64,000 nt of DNA, taken from assembly GCA_907165135.1 (NCBI GenBank), contig OU015567.1, positions 7,192,001 through 7,256,000 of the forward strand, in the 5' to 3' direction. Each line of letters starts with the position of its first letter. Position 1 is the first letter of the stretch. Under the pieces are notes generated by a model. That model did no database searches. It was not told the origin of the DNA and saw only the letters and a list, made by a program, of their open reading frames with translations. Both the position numbers and the translations under genes were made by a program. Below are positions 1 to 11,667 of the stretch, in pieces. The stretch is from Oikopleura dioica (Eukaryota > Animalia > Chordata).

Positions 1-48
1 TATAATTTTTATAAGTGACAGAACTAACCCTACCCCTAAATATAAAGG

Positions 49-1063
49 TTTGTTTCGTCTCATTTCTACAATAAACAATTGCTCATGCAAGAATGGATCC
101 CGTTGGATAATATGCCGGGATATATTAGTGGATTTTTATCTGTTCTTTCTGGGGCTTTTGGTTTATCCTTGCTTTGTACGGTAAGAGCACACACAGCTTT
201 CATGAGATCTACCTCTTGACTCGTAGTCGACCCCTGCCTCTTCCGCGTCCGGGATCGTAGCATCTGCCCTGGCGTTTTCAATTATTGCTATGGCTACTTC
301 TGCAGCCGCGTTTCTTGTCAATATCAACTCGATTCTTCAACTCGACAATCAGGGTGGTAAGAGTCTCTTACTAAGAAAATTTCATTTCTTTAGAATCTAA
401 CCTTTTTTTTCTTCAGATACTTATTTGTGGAAGATTAGTGTGGATGAAGAAGTAATGAACCTCTTTCAAGAAGAAACAAGACAAAAAGACATTGGCTTCA
501 TTATGTTAGCTGTTTCTGCTTCAGTTAACATCACCAATTTCATTATTCAACGTAGTTATATAAACATTGTTATGAAGTACTAAGTATTTATTTCAGTATC
601 CACGGCATTTGTCATTTGCTGTAGTGTCCCGGGTTTTTGCTGTGCCCCTTCCGCTACAGATGTATCTATGGAAAAGGGTGAGAAGAATTACGCCCTAGAC
701 GAGGCTGGTTCTGTTGGAAATGTCGACGACCTAGCGTCATTTGTCTCTTCTGGCTCGATAGGAACATGTCTTCGATTGATTTTAATTAGCAAATTAGCAA
801 GGTGGCAAAATTATCGCTTGAATTTCTCGGTGAAATTATACGAGATTATACAGCGTCAGAGATAATTCTTTAATCCTTGATTAAGTCTTACATAAACTTG
901 AATAATCTTCAAATATGATGAGTATAGTTTTAATTAATCGAAAAAAGAACTTCCTTTCTACAACGGAATGTATGCTAATGGAATGCCTGCTATTCCAGAT
1001 GGCCAGGCACCAGCCCCAGAGTCTTATCAAGACATTCCAGCGCCAGACTACTCCAACAGCTGA
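49..1063 (+). CDS. Multi-exon multi-pass membrane protein (MS4A/CD20-like topology), probably starting upstream of the window
   Basis: Spliced exons give hydrophobic segments GYISGFLSVLSGAFGLSLLCT, SGIVASALAFSIIAMATSAAAFLVNI, IGFIMLAVSASVNITNFII and a Pro/Tyr-rich tail (PAPESYQDIPAPDYSNS*). Short GT-AG introns separate them. Family call is from topology only; boundaries approximate. Confidence 0.45.
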
Positions 1064-1525
1064 TGATGCTTGCCCTTCCCGCTGTTGATTTTCTAGCGCC
1101 CGCTCAAATAAACAAAGTGCTCGAGACAAAAATCGATTGCAAGCTAATCATTGACATTTATTTTTGACGAATATCACAAAGCATAAAAAGGGACTGTTAT
1201 AGCTTGAAAACATCAAAGGAAGTCGTAGCTAGCACCAGGGAATAAATTACATTAGGAGCAGGAAATAAGTTGATATGAATTCTTTCTGTGCCCGAGATAA
1301 AATAAAGTGAAAAGAAAAGCAATGAAGCTTGCTTATTTTTTTCGGAAGAAAAATGGAGAAGAGGACGAGCAGTTTTGAACTTTCGAGCAGTGAACTGTCG
1401 TAACACAGGAGGCTGTGTCGTATTCAAATAAATGTTAAAAATAGAAAATCATCTGTCGTTGGAAAAATATACAATCGGGTAATAGAAGTTCGATCAAGAA
1501 TCATCGCTGAACATGATTTTCATTT

Positions 1526-3119
1526 TCAGCCGGTCATGGACACTTTCTTGTTCTTTGTGTAGTCGACATAGAATGCCAACATTCGCTTGAGACGATCCAA
1601 TTCTTTCCTGAAAAGGGTCGTTATCTGGTCTTGAAAATGGGCTTTTGACGGCTGCGGTCTTCTGACATCATATTTACTTTCTCCTCAATGAGTTCATAAC
1701 GCACGCTCAAGGGCGATTTCAAACCGGAAAAGAGAGAATGATGTCAAAAGAGTCGGGAAACGCCAAAGAAAATTTAACTTACATATGAGTATCGAGGCGC
1801 ATCTTGAGCTTTGGATTTTCCTCTTCAAAGATTGAAATCTTCTTGAGTTTTTCTTCGATCATTTTTCGTTTCTTTACTCGTGATCGTTGCGCCGCTTCGT
1901 TGTTGATCTTTCGCTGAGCATTCATCTACGAAAGAAGTTAGGATTTGGTCAAGATAGAGATTACTTACTCTTTCTTCATATTCTAGCTGCGTTTGGATTG
2001 AACTCGAAGGAGATTGCTCGAGAGAAAGCACCATATCTGTGCTTCCAGCGACGGGCTGGACCTTCAGCATTCCGGAGATCTGGTCAGCTGTGATCGGCTG
2101 CATCTGGCTCGACTGGGCGATTTGGGGCTGCTCGGGAGTCTGTTTCTCCGGCTCTTCTTTTTCCTTGAAAAAGGGTTTGAAGCAGCCATTTTGAGGGACA
2201 AAAAACTGGCAAAAATAGAAAGGATACTTACATTGTAGCGGCCCAGAAAATCGTCGATCTTGGAGAACGCAAAATCCTGTTGAATCCTCTTCAATTCATC
2301 AATCATCTGATCCTTCGTCTTCGGCTCTTGAGGAGCTGGCTCAGCATGACCAGGCGGTAGAATCATCGATGGCTTGAGAACTCCACCATTCTGAGCGACT
2401 CCTTGTTCGGCCTCGACCAATTCGGAGAATTCATCCAAACCGGACTGCTGCATTATATCGTCGAAGGTGACCATTTGTGACTTTTGCCAAATATTCTCTC
2501 TGGGAACCTGAAAAGATGAATTTTCACAAATTTGCATTCAGAATTTTTGAATCTCGAAAGAAAAAAATTGTTGGCAACGAACCCAGAAAGCGAACTCGAT
2601 TGACCCCGGCCTTAGGGGCAGTATACTGGTGCAAAAGTGTGGATTTTATTTGGTGCATCTTAGCTAGCAGCCTTCGGGTTCGTTGGAGGTCAAAGAAGGG
2701 TGTGAACAAGTTGAACCAGACAGAAAATTGAGGTCAAATGACCTCTTGATTTATTCAGTACCTGTCTCGTAGAAGGCTCCATGGATTCTTTCTGAGCCTT
2801 TATCAGCTTGCTCTGGTCCCATTCAACATATTGTTGATGTTCAGGCGAGAGTTGTTGAGGAAGGTGCTGCTGCATCGGTGGTGATGGCTTCATCATTGGT
2901 GCTTGCCCAGGCCTGAAAGAGAACAAGATAGTCTTCAAGAGGGAGAAAGCTCGAAACAAACCTGAACATTCCAGGCTGCTGGGAAGTTACATTTGTCGGA
3001 GACCTCGCCTCCGGAGATGAAGAATAGCTGAAAAGGTCGTCAAAGCCCTCTCCGGACAGCTGCTCCAGATCGTTCATCGAAACGAGCTGGGATGGATTCC
3101 AAATTGAATCGTGTACCAT
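1526..3119 (-). CDS. bZIP transcription factor (PAR/NFIL3 or C/EBP-like)
   Basis: Exon 1925-1783 plus exon 1607-1526 encode MNAQRKINNEAAQRSRVKKRK-MIEEKLKKISIFEEENPKLKMRLDTHMKELDRLKRMLAFY, a basic region with N-x7-R followed by a zipper. The N-terminal exons are Q/P/S-rich; one internal junction (about 2760-2540) is unresolved. Confidence 0.8.
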
Positions 3120-4149
3120 TGAGGGGCCCTAAAGCAACTCACTTATTTTCAGCTTCAAAAATAGGGGAATTGAAATCTCTTCCGAAAAAACTGAAAATTC
3201 AGTCTCAAATGAACTCTTGCTCTACTGGAAGTTTCTCAGTAGAAAGTATTTCCGCTAGTAGGGATCAATGAATTCCGCTTATAAGTGGTTACGTAATCAT
3301 TAACCAAGACTTGCTTTGAGAGCAAGAATTCATAAAAGATAATTGATATGAGCATTATAAGATGATAAACCGTGTCTAAGGAATTGAGATCAACGTAATC
3401 CATGGGAAAAGAATGCAAAAAGGGTCTGATCTCTTGTATGTTTTCTCGAGAATGAGCGAGAGTCCCGTGTGCGCTCAGCTTTTTCTCCTTCAGAGTTCGA
3501 GTTTTCTAAGAGTTCACAAGCGAACCCGTTTGCGCCCCTTGTCTCTTATGTAATTAGTCAGCTCAGACGGCCACTGGCTCAGCCAGAAAGGCGTGGACCA
3601 CGGTTAACCTCCTTCTTTTCTTTAAATCAATTGGCCTTATTCGAGAATGTTCCCAAGAGTGTTGTGAAAGATAAGGTTAATGCTTTTTTAAACTTTAAAT
3701 ATTACACTGTCTTTGTGGGACAAAACAAGATAAGCGTAAACATATTTTGACGATGCTACCGTATCATATAATTAATATCATCGATATGATAGGGTTCCAT
3801 ATCATTCTATGAACACAACAGTGTTAAAAGATGACCAAAAAATCAGAGAGAAACTCGAAATTTACGAATATTTATGAGAGAAAATCTCTCCCAGAAATAC
3901 TGTCCTTGCGTTTTTTCGATAACTGAAATAGATATTCTAGCGTTGGAAAACATTTCCACGGGAAAAAGAACCGGCCTTATTCTTCGATATTGTAAAAATC
4001 AATCAATAAGATCTTTATCAAACAGTTAACGACGAAGAAATTAACGATACTCGATAGTATCGAGTCGATACTCAGGTAATAAAGATACTCGATTTACGTT
4101 TTTCTGTTCAATCAAGTGTAAATTAATAGCCTTCTCTTTCTAATAGACT

Positions 4150-4826
4150 TACAGCTGGGTTCTGTGAGTATTTGACGGTCCCAGGTTTTCTTGGAGCGCC
4201 GAAATTCTTTTCTTGCCCATTCATCGGGTTCCAGATTTCGCGATTCTGCGTGCTCATTCCTTCTCCCTCTTCTTTCACCAGGATTTCGGACGTCACCGGA
4301 ACTTGTCGACTGATTCTTTCAAAGGGCTTTTTACTTGAATTCTTTTCTTGTAATATTCAATGGCGACATGAATTTCCTTGAAAAATGCATTACTGTATCA
4401 TAAAAGAATATTTGATTTTGAATCTCTCAAATGAATTGAAATTTGCCTTTTACAGGATCCGGCAGCCTGTGTAAAAAACCTGAGTCAGGTTGTGTGGAGG
4501 CTTTTTATTTACCCTCTTTCAAATCCTGACTGAGGTTTTCGACACAGGCTCCTGAGCGCTGTAACAGGTAAATTCCAATAAATTTGAGTTTCATTCTTTT
4601 GAAATCCAGTAATTATATAAATTGGAAAAGAAAGAATAATAAATGTATAGAAAAAAATCGATAGTTGATGAGTTAGATAAGCCCCATTCCTAATTGGTAT
4701 GGTAGTAGGGATGTTCTTCTGAAGAGATTCTGTGCTTCTACCGTTGCTCTCGCTAAAACCGTGGCTATAAATTCGTTGCTTGCCGGATTTGGGCTGAAGG
4801 GCCTGCTGAGTTCTGGCCCTTTTCAT
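4150..4826 (-). CDS. Possible small spliced gene of unknown function
   Basis: ATG at 4826 next to a CCAAT/CGCG-rich promoter-like stretch, and an open exon-like segment (SRQVPVTSEILVKEEGEG...) at about 4150-4320. A MITE sits in the putative intron. Confidence 0.3.
4461..4552. mobile_element. MITE family A copy (TIR GGCAACCTGTGTAGAAAACCTGAGTCAGG-like)
   Basis: ggcagcctgtgtaaaaaacctgagtcagg ... cctgactgaggttttcgacacaggctcc; the same termini recur at five other loci in the window. Confidence 0.8.
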
Positions 4827-5360
4827 GGCCCAACGCTCTACTTTTATATATTTTTTGTCGAAAGGGCGATACTCGTGGATTTCACGAGCTCCACCATTCT
4901 TCCCTGAGCCCAGATTTCGCCGCGCCCATTGGTCAGGAGCCAGCGCGCCTACGCGATTATATAACCCTAACGCAATTTTTCTGCGAGATTCTTACGACCT
5001 CCTTTGAGAGGTCGTCTCGGAGAATCAGTTTATCGGACGTCAGAAACTACATATCACTGCAAATGTCTATTCTTATGATTTTATAGAGAATGAACTTTTT
5101 TGAGGCCATTTTTGACCAGAAAATCGACGAGAAAAAGGGTTTATAAAAGCTGTTACATAACTAGATATCGTCTGAGCTGATGATCTTTGTTTATCAAGCG
5201 AAATTTCGCCGGTCTGAGATACTGTAACTTTCTTTATCAAAAAAGCTACAAAGGAACCCTTGATCAATGTTCACTCGAGCGGAAAAAGTAGGGGACTAGG
5301 GGTGATAATTTGATTAAAGTTTTTTGACCTCTAAAATCAATGTCGAAGCTGATTTTCAAC

Positions 5361-6014
5361 GGATACACGACGTTTTCCTCAAACCGACGTTCTCCTCAAC
5401 CGACGTTTTCGTTAAACCGACGTTCTCCTCAATGATCAGAACGTCGGTTTGATCAAAACGTCGGTTTAATGAGAACGTCGGTTTTCCTAAAAATGCGGGG
5501 GCAATGAGAGCGAATGAGAATGGGCTCTTTTTGGATTAAAAATTGTAAGCTATTGTAAGCTATGAAAAATGATAACAGAATTAATTATTTAGAAAAATAA
5601 AAAAGTAAAAAAAAAAATAATTATTAATAAAAGTCGATATGTTTATCGGACAAACATTTGTCTACATAATTTATGCGGTAAAATGATCTTCTTACATTTT
5701 ATCAGTCTTGTATACATTTTAAAAAGATATATTTTAGTTGTATTAGTTCATTTAATGAAATTATTAATTATTCTTACACTTTAACGCTTAACAATTTAAG
5801 TTTTGAAACATAATGAAAACGTCGGTTTGACGAAAACGTCGGTTTCCAAGCTGAGTCTAAGCCAAATTCAAGGCCACGCATTTTTAGGGAAAACCGACGT
5901 TTTCATTAAACCGACGTTCTGATCAAACCGACGTTCTGAACATTGAGGAGAACGTCGGTTTAACGAAAACGTCGGTTGAGGAAAACGTCGGTTTGAGGAA
6001 AACGTCGTGTATCC
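5361..6014. mobile_element. Mutator/Foldback-like MITE with about 140-bp TIRs built from AAACCGACGTT(T/C)TC subrepeats
   Basis: Termini GGATACACGACG / CGTCGTGTATCC. Perfect 9-bp TSD ATTTTCAAC at 5352-5360 and 6015-6023. AT-rich spacer. Confidence 0.9.
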
Positions 6015-6418
6015 ATTTTCAACCTTTCTCAAGGGGGGATTAAGTTCGATCAACGATTCTCAAACAGCGAAAACTTCATTCCAGGCTACGGGACTATTTG
6101 TTCCGAAAACATAGGTTCTACCGTTGAGCTCAATGAACTTATTGAGGCATTCAATTTGAGGGGTCATTTGAACTTTCCGAAGAAAATTTTCTGGAAAAAT
6201 CATTTTCTGAGAGTCTAAGATGATGCAACGAAAACATGAACCCAACGAATACGGGGTTATTCATCATCTCCAAAGATAGATACAGAAACGTATGGCCTCG
6301 TCACGTGTATAATGGAAAAAATACGATACAATCAACACAACCCGTATCAAAAATCATATGTTATTAAAGCGTCATAAAGTTGGAATCAACAAGGATAATA
6401 TAATGAATCATGAGGATC

Positions 6419-6463
6419 GTTTTTCGAACGTTTTCGTTTATTTAAAACATCATCAGGAAAAAC
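6419..6463 (-). ncRNA. Minimal type I hammerhead ribozyme (sense to the Penelope ORF)
   Basis: Exact reverse complement of 7749-7793, lying downstream of the ORF stop codon in the 3' pLTR. Confidence 0.8.
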
Positions 6464-6626
6464 TAGAAACTGTTACGACAGAAAAAGAGATAGAAAACTA
6501 ACTTGGTGTGTGAGAAAGCTGGACAGATAGCTAACTGAATCGAAATTTTCAGAGCAGAAAACAAGTGAAAAAGGAAAACAAGCGAAAGATAGTCGAGCGC
6601 CAAGGTGGCCCTAAAACAGTGCTCGA

Positions 6627-7607
6627 CTAAAAAGTTTTAAATTGTTTGAAATCAGATTGTTCGTTGAGTGAAGGTTTATGGAGTAAAATAAGAAATTGTT
6701 CCGTGTTTTTTCGTTGACTCTCAAAAGTTAGATTGGTCTGGAGTACGTCAAAGAACTGAAGAGCAAAGTCATTTTTTGATAGTTTACGACGGATTTTTGG
6801 TGGATTTTCAGAGTGAAAGAACTCTAAAGCATATTTCGATTGGGCACTTTTAGTTTTTTGTGAACTAAGGAAGTTTTTTGTGCTTGGATCACTGATGTAA
6901 TTGTGATAGTGTTCTTGAAAGGTTTTGCAGGAGATAATATGTTTATAAATAGAGGAAGGAGCAGATTTGTTCTGATTATTTGAGCTCGTATGTTCACACC
7001 AGCGTATACCGGCACGTCTCATGGTTTGACCGATGTAACTAGCACGACAAGGACATTCAAATTTATAAATAAGATCGTTTAGCTCGTGTTTATCTACTGA
7101 TCTTTTCCAAAATTTACCTAAAGCACGCTCCAAACGAATAGTCCTCCAAGAAATAGTGAGACGAAAAGACGGAGTAACTTTGCGAAAGAGTTTTTGAAGA
7201 CTTAATCCGATTTTGTAGCACCGTTCACTAGTAAAATCAAGACACAAGTTGTATTTTCTAATAATTCCTTCTTCATCCCTATGAAGCGGTTCAAAGTTTT
7301 TAGATTTTATCTCATTAATTTTACGCTTGATAATGGGCAAAGGATAGGAGTTTTTTAGGAAGCGTTGTGTCAATTGTTTGAGTGCGAGGTCTAAAGAATA
7401 CGGACACGATGTACAGTTGAATCTTCTGTAAATTTCTCCTGTCAATAGAGAGATCTTTTGATTGAGAGGAGTGACACTAGTTTTAAAGTTAGTCAAGATG
7501 TCGGACTTATTATCTTTTTCGAAAAAGAAAAGTTGGTATTTTCCATCGTGAAGTTTAATACTAGTGTCAAGATAAGAAATGAAATTAGAAATTAGTTTTA
7601 GGGCCAC
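6627..7607 (-). CDS. Penelope-like RT C-terminus plus GIY-YIG endonuclease (N-terminally truncated)
   Basis: ISYLDTSIK...K (RT C-terminal motif), FLKNSYP, and LIYKFECPCRASYIGQT...RWCEH (GIY-YIG with PLE-type Cys/His). The ORF start runs into the inverted pLTR. Confidence 0.9.
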   Translation of the reverse strand: MALKLISNFISYLDTSIKLHDGKYQLFFFEKDNKSDILTNFKTSVTPLNQKISLLTGEIYRRFNCTSCPYSLDLALKQLTQRFLKNSYPLPIIKRKINEIKSKNFEPLHRDEEGIIRKYNLCLDFTSERCYKIGLSLQKLFRKVTPSFRLTISWRTIRLERALGKFWKRSVDKHELNDLIYKFECPCRASYIGQTMRRAGIRWCEHTSSNNQNKSAPSSIYKHIISCKTFQEHYHNYISDPSTKNFLSSQKTKSAQSKYALEFFHSENPPKIRRKLSKNDFALQFFDVLQTNLTFESQRKNTEQFLILLHKPSLNEQSDFKQFKTF

Positions 7608-7748
7608 CTTGGCGCTCGACTATCTTTCGCTTGTTTTCCTTTTTCACTTGTTTTCTGCTCTGAAAATTTCGATTCAGTTAGCTATCTGTCCAGCTTTCTC
7701 ACACACCAAGTTAGTTTTCTATCTCTTTTTCTGTCGTAACAGTTTCTA

Positions 7749-7793
7749 GTTTTTCCTGATGATGTTTTAAATAAACGAAAACGTTCGAAAAAC
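7749..7793 (+). ncRNA. Minimal type I hammerhead ribozyme in the inverted pLTR
   Basis: Stem I GTTTTTC/GAAAAAC, core CTGATGA, extra U, stem II GTTT/AAAC, GAAA, palindromic stem III AACGTT, UUC cleavage triplet (cut after 7786). Confidence 0.8.
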
Positions 7794-8067
7794 GATCCTC
7801 ATGATTCATTATTAACGAAGTCAATATCAAAAATAAAGGATAATATAGTTTGAAACTTGTGAATTCAACAGGAACATTTTTGTTTATTTGAGTTTGTGAA
7901 AATTTGAGGTAGACAAGCAAAATGTACAAAGAAAGAAACAGACTTGAACGGTTCATTCATTTTTTCAATGATGAGTTGTTAATTGAGTTTGAACGAGGGT
8001 GGATCGGCGGCTTTCGCTTCTCTGGTGTTTTCTGAAAGAAATGGGGGTAAGAAAATGATGCGATGGG

Positions 8068-11000
8068 CTAGCTTACCTTTTCCAAGCTGGGCCAGATCTT
8101 CTGAACTTCTCTTTCTGATTCTACGATTGTGACGGATTCCAGGTCGGATTCGTCCATGAATGTTGAAAAAGTTGGCCTGGCGCTTGTCAAAGAACTATGA
8201 GTTGATTTCGGAGAGCTCAGAGGGACCTGAAAGAAAGAGGGTTGAAGTGGAAATAAGGGTCGATGATATTTTACCTGCTGGAGCTGTGGATTTTCATTCG
8301 TTCCATCAGAGGCCGATTCCCGCCCGGAATCAGAGTGGAAGCTATTTTCAATCGTACACTGTGTGTGCGGATGATTGGAGCTGGTAAGTTCTACCTGCCA
8401 CTTGACTCGCTCGTAGTTTTCGATTCTGGAATGTCTGGGCGAAGTTGTCGCCGAAGGTTTGTGTTGAAGAGGCCTTCCTGGCTTTTTATGCGTTTGGGTT
8501 TCGTGGAAGAGATGGGGGTTTTCGATGCTCTGATTGCAGCGGGTGTAATCGGGGTTGTGGGGTGGTGGAGGTGGGAAGGAGTTTCTTGAGCTCTTGGATC
8601 GTCGACGAATCACGATGTAGAAAGTAACCATGAAGACAACAAAGACAAGTGCAGTAAAAACTGCAACGAGGAAAAATGCCAGCTGACTTGTACTCGTCTT
8701 GAGGGACAAACTCTGGCTCTTGAATTCTGGCAACAAGGCCTGAACATCACTTGCTGTCATTGTCACTTCCTCTTCTGTCACGTAAATATTCACCTAAAAT
8801 GCAGATAAGTACATATTGAGAAAATTTTATCTTGAGGCCGAAGAATGCGCCAAACGCGTAAAATTACGGGCTAGCTGACACCAAGAGCGAGATAGCGCCG
8901 GATTCAATTACGGTAAAAATTAGTTGCTGAGTCGAAACTTACACGAGAAGAAATCTGAAGAGGAGGCGAGCCGCCATCAGAGATGCTGATTAGAATTGGG
9001 TTTGCACCAAGATCGGATCTTTTCAGTTTCGATGCAAGAAAAACTTCGCCAGCGGAGTTGATTCTGAACAGCTCTCGCGGTTTGATTTGATTGATGATGA
9101 CTTCTCCGTTTGCTCCTTGATCTCGATCGCGAACTTGAATCGTAGCCACTTTTTCTGCCACGCGGGTGTCAAGAGTAACTTGGATTACGTCGAGGTCTGG
9201 ATTGGGCCAGATCAGGGCCGGAGCGTTGTCGTTTATGTCTTCAACTAGAATTGAAACTGAAGCAGTGGCGCTTCGCCCGTCCTTGTCCTCGGCGATTATC
9301 TCGATGTTATATTTGGTCTTGTCGATATCCGCGTCGATGGATCGCTGAAGAGAAATTTTCCCAGTCTCGGGGTGAATTCGAAAAGGAACGGAGTTGCTTC
9401 CAAGCCTGTAGCGGACTTGGGCATTGGTATCTGCGTCGATTGCAGATACAGAACCAATGACTGTCCCTCCCTCGGTGGTTTCCGGAAATGAGAAGTCGTA
9501 TTCGAGGCGCTCGAAGACTGGATCGTTGTCGTTCTCGTCCAAGACGTTGATAATCACGCTCGTTTCTCCTCTAAGACTTGGGCTTCCTTTGTCGACAGCG
9601 ATGATTTGGACAACGTGGCGGGATAGAAACTCTGCATCCAGCGATTTCAGAGCTACCAGATTGCCAGTTTCTCTTTCGAGAGAGAAATAAGGAGAGTCTT
9701 CTTCACCGAGAAAGTACTCAATCTCGGCATTTACACCCTCATCGACATCCGTCGCGCGGAGAGAAACAATCGACTTGCCAACATCGTTATTTTCGAGAAT
9801 ATTTACATGATACATATCGCGCTGGAAGAATGGCGCATTGTCGTTTACATCTTCTACTTTTATTGACTTCGTGTTCGTCGTTGTCAGCGGAGGGCTTCCA
9901 TTGTCCATCGCTCGCAAAGTAAGCTTGTAAAGATGCACTCGTTCGCGGTCGAGTTCTTTCGCTGTTTTCAGAATGTAGCGATTCGAGCCTTCGATGCTCT
10001 CAAGCTCGAAATCTCCATCTTCTCCGTCTTCGAGAGCAACAGTGAGTTGCTGGTCTTTGTCCGAATCAGTGACTCGAACAAACGCGACAAAAGTCCCAAC
10101 AGGTGCGTCTTCTGAAATCCTTCCTTCAGCGTCTGATCTTCGTCCAAAAGAAAGTTCGATTTGAGGAGCGTTATCATTAACATTAACAATGTTGATGGTA
10201 ACTGTAGAAAGAGCGCTTTCAGATCCATCGAATGCCTGAACATAGAGCACGTGTTTCTTCTGCATTTCATAATTCAGCTCAGAATTGACAGCAATGTCGC
10301 CAGTTTTCGAGTTGATCTCAAATATCTTTCGAGAGAGCGCGTCTGTCAATCCATCGTCGAAGGAATAAGTGATGATGCCGTAGCGCCCGCGGTCGCCATC
10401 GCTAGCGTTTAGCTTGTGAATAACAGTTCCAACGGGAATTGATTCGGTTAGGTTCATGCTGACTTCTTCGCTTCCAAATGTTGGTGAGTGATCGTTAACG
10501 TCATCGACAACAACGTTGACTTTCATCGAGCTCGATAGTCCACCGAAGTCGAAAGCAACAAGCTCCAGCTCATGATTCTCTCGTTTTTCAAAGTCAAGGG
10601 GTTGCTCAAGAACGAGTTGCGGGATGATCTTGCCATTCGGGTGCTGAAGAGGAAGGATCGAAAAGAATCGAGCAGGGTCGGAAATTTCATATCGTTCTAT
10701 GCCGAATTCTTTGCTATCTGCATCTGTAGCTGAGGGAAGTCGAACTTTTGTTCCTACGCCCGTGTTTTCAGGAAGATGAATTTCTATGGAGTCTTTTTCG
10801 AAAACCGGGCTGTTGTCATTGATGTCCAAAATGTCCAAATCAATGTAAAATAATTTAAAGTCGTTGTCGTTTCGGTAGAGGATCTCCGCGCTGATCGAGC
10901 ACCTGGGCTCGTCTTTGCTGCATAATTCGCTGTTCTCGCGGTCAATGTCCGTAATCACTCGCAGATCGCCTTCGGGAGTGACGTTGACGATATTTGCTCC

Positions 11001-11162
11001 TTTGACGACTTGAAAAATCGCGGTAGAAGAGGTGAGGGAGATCTCGGCCAAGTCCTGGACGATGTTGCCGATGTAGCTGCCAAGGCGAGTGCCATCCGTG
11101 ATCGAGTAGCTCAGGTGACTCCCGGCCAGCGCTGTCGCCAGCAGATGAAGAATGCGCCGCAT
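8068..11162 (-). CDS. Delta-type protocadherin (7 cadherin repeats, TM, cytoplasmic tail)
   Basis: A large ectodomain exon (11162-8943) has DINDNSP, DVNDHSP, NVNDNAP, DVNDNAP, DENDNDP and DINDNAP linkers plus LDRE/LDFE motifs. It is spliced GT-AG to exon 8793-8068, which carries TM LAFFLVAVFTALVFVVFMVTFYIVI and a HSDSGRES motif. Signal peptide at the N-terminus. Confidence 0.92.
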
Positions 11163-11667
11163 TTTTCTAAACACAACCATTAGTGCCAAAAAACCCACCG
11201 ATCCATCAAAAGTAATACGATGTTATTATGCATTGTTTTCTGCATGAATTTTTAAAGCTGAGAAAAAAGTGTTAATTGATGGGGAAAACTGGTATTTGCT
11301 TTTTTTTTCAGTTGCAAGATTAGAATGTTGATCCAGTAAGATGAGTAAGAGTGCCATGTCGTGCCAGGAAAGGGGATTAATAATTCGGATCGCACACTTT
11401 CGATTGTTGTTCCTTGCAAATAACAGCGTGAATTACTTATTGAAAGTTGAAAATTGGCGATCTCAAACGTAGAATTTTAAAAAGGAATCCCGTGGGAAAC
11501 GAATTTCATGCATTGAAGTTCAATGATTGAACAACGAAATCAAAATATACAAAAGAAAAAGTTTAACATAATCGGGAACTCTTCTACAAAAAAATGGTAC
11601 CAATGGGAAGTTCATTAAATTTGAGCCTCATAAAGTACAGTTAACATTAGATCAGACCGCGTCTTAA

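Larger units (their letters stand above)
6391..7847 (-). mobile_element. 5'-truncated Penelope-like retroelement with inverted pseudo-LTRs
   Basis: GIY-YIG ORF flanked by an apparently identical 218-bp inverted repeat (6400-6617 vs 7595-7812). A 12-bp direct repeat AAGGATAATATA (6391-6402, 7836-7847) is the candidate TSD. Confidence 0.9.

Noticed and set aside
4046-4097. GATACTCGA mini-repeats/palindrome
   Set aside because: Too short, with no TIR partner or TSD found; possibly a decayed repeat.
5361-6014. Regularly spaced short repeats resembling a CRISPR array (also 27809-28811 and 14255-14570)
   Set aside because: The repeats are inverted TIR subrepeats bounded by TSDs, with no unique spacers and no cas genes, in a eukaryotic context.
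6060-6245. Minus-strand ORF with a vaguely C-type-lectin-like stretch
   Set aside because: It stops before the expected Cys, and the opposite strand gives a better ORF continuous across the MITE empty site.
7711-7956. 81-aa ORF with a hydrophobic N-terminus
   Set aside because: It runs across the Penelope insertion junction into the pLTR, so it is a chimeric chance frame.
8160-10412. Several plus-strand ORFs overlapping the protocadherin (similar shadows occur over GLDC, USO1, EXOC2 and GOLGA2)
   Set aside because: Antisense or alternate-frame shadows of real CDS, with no motifs.
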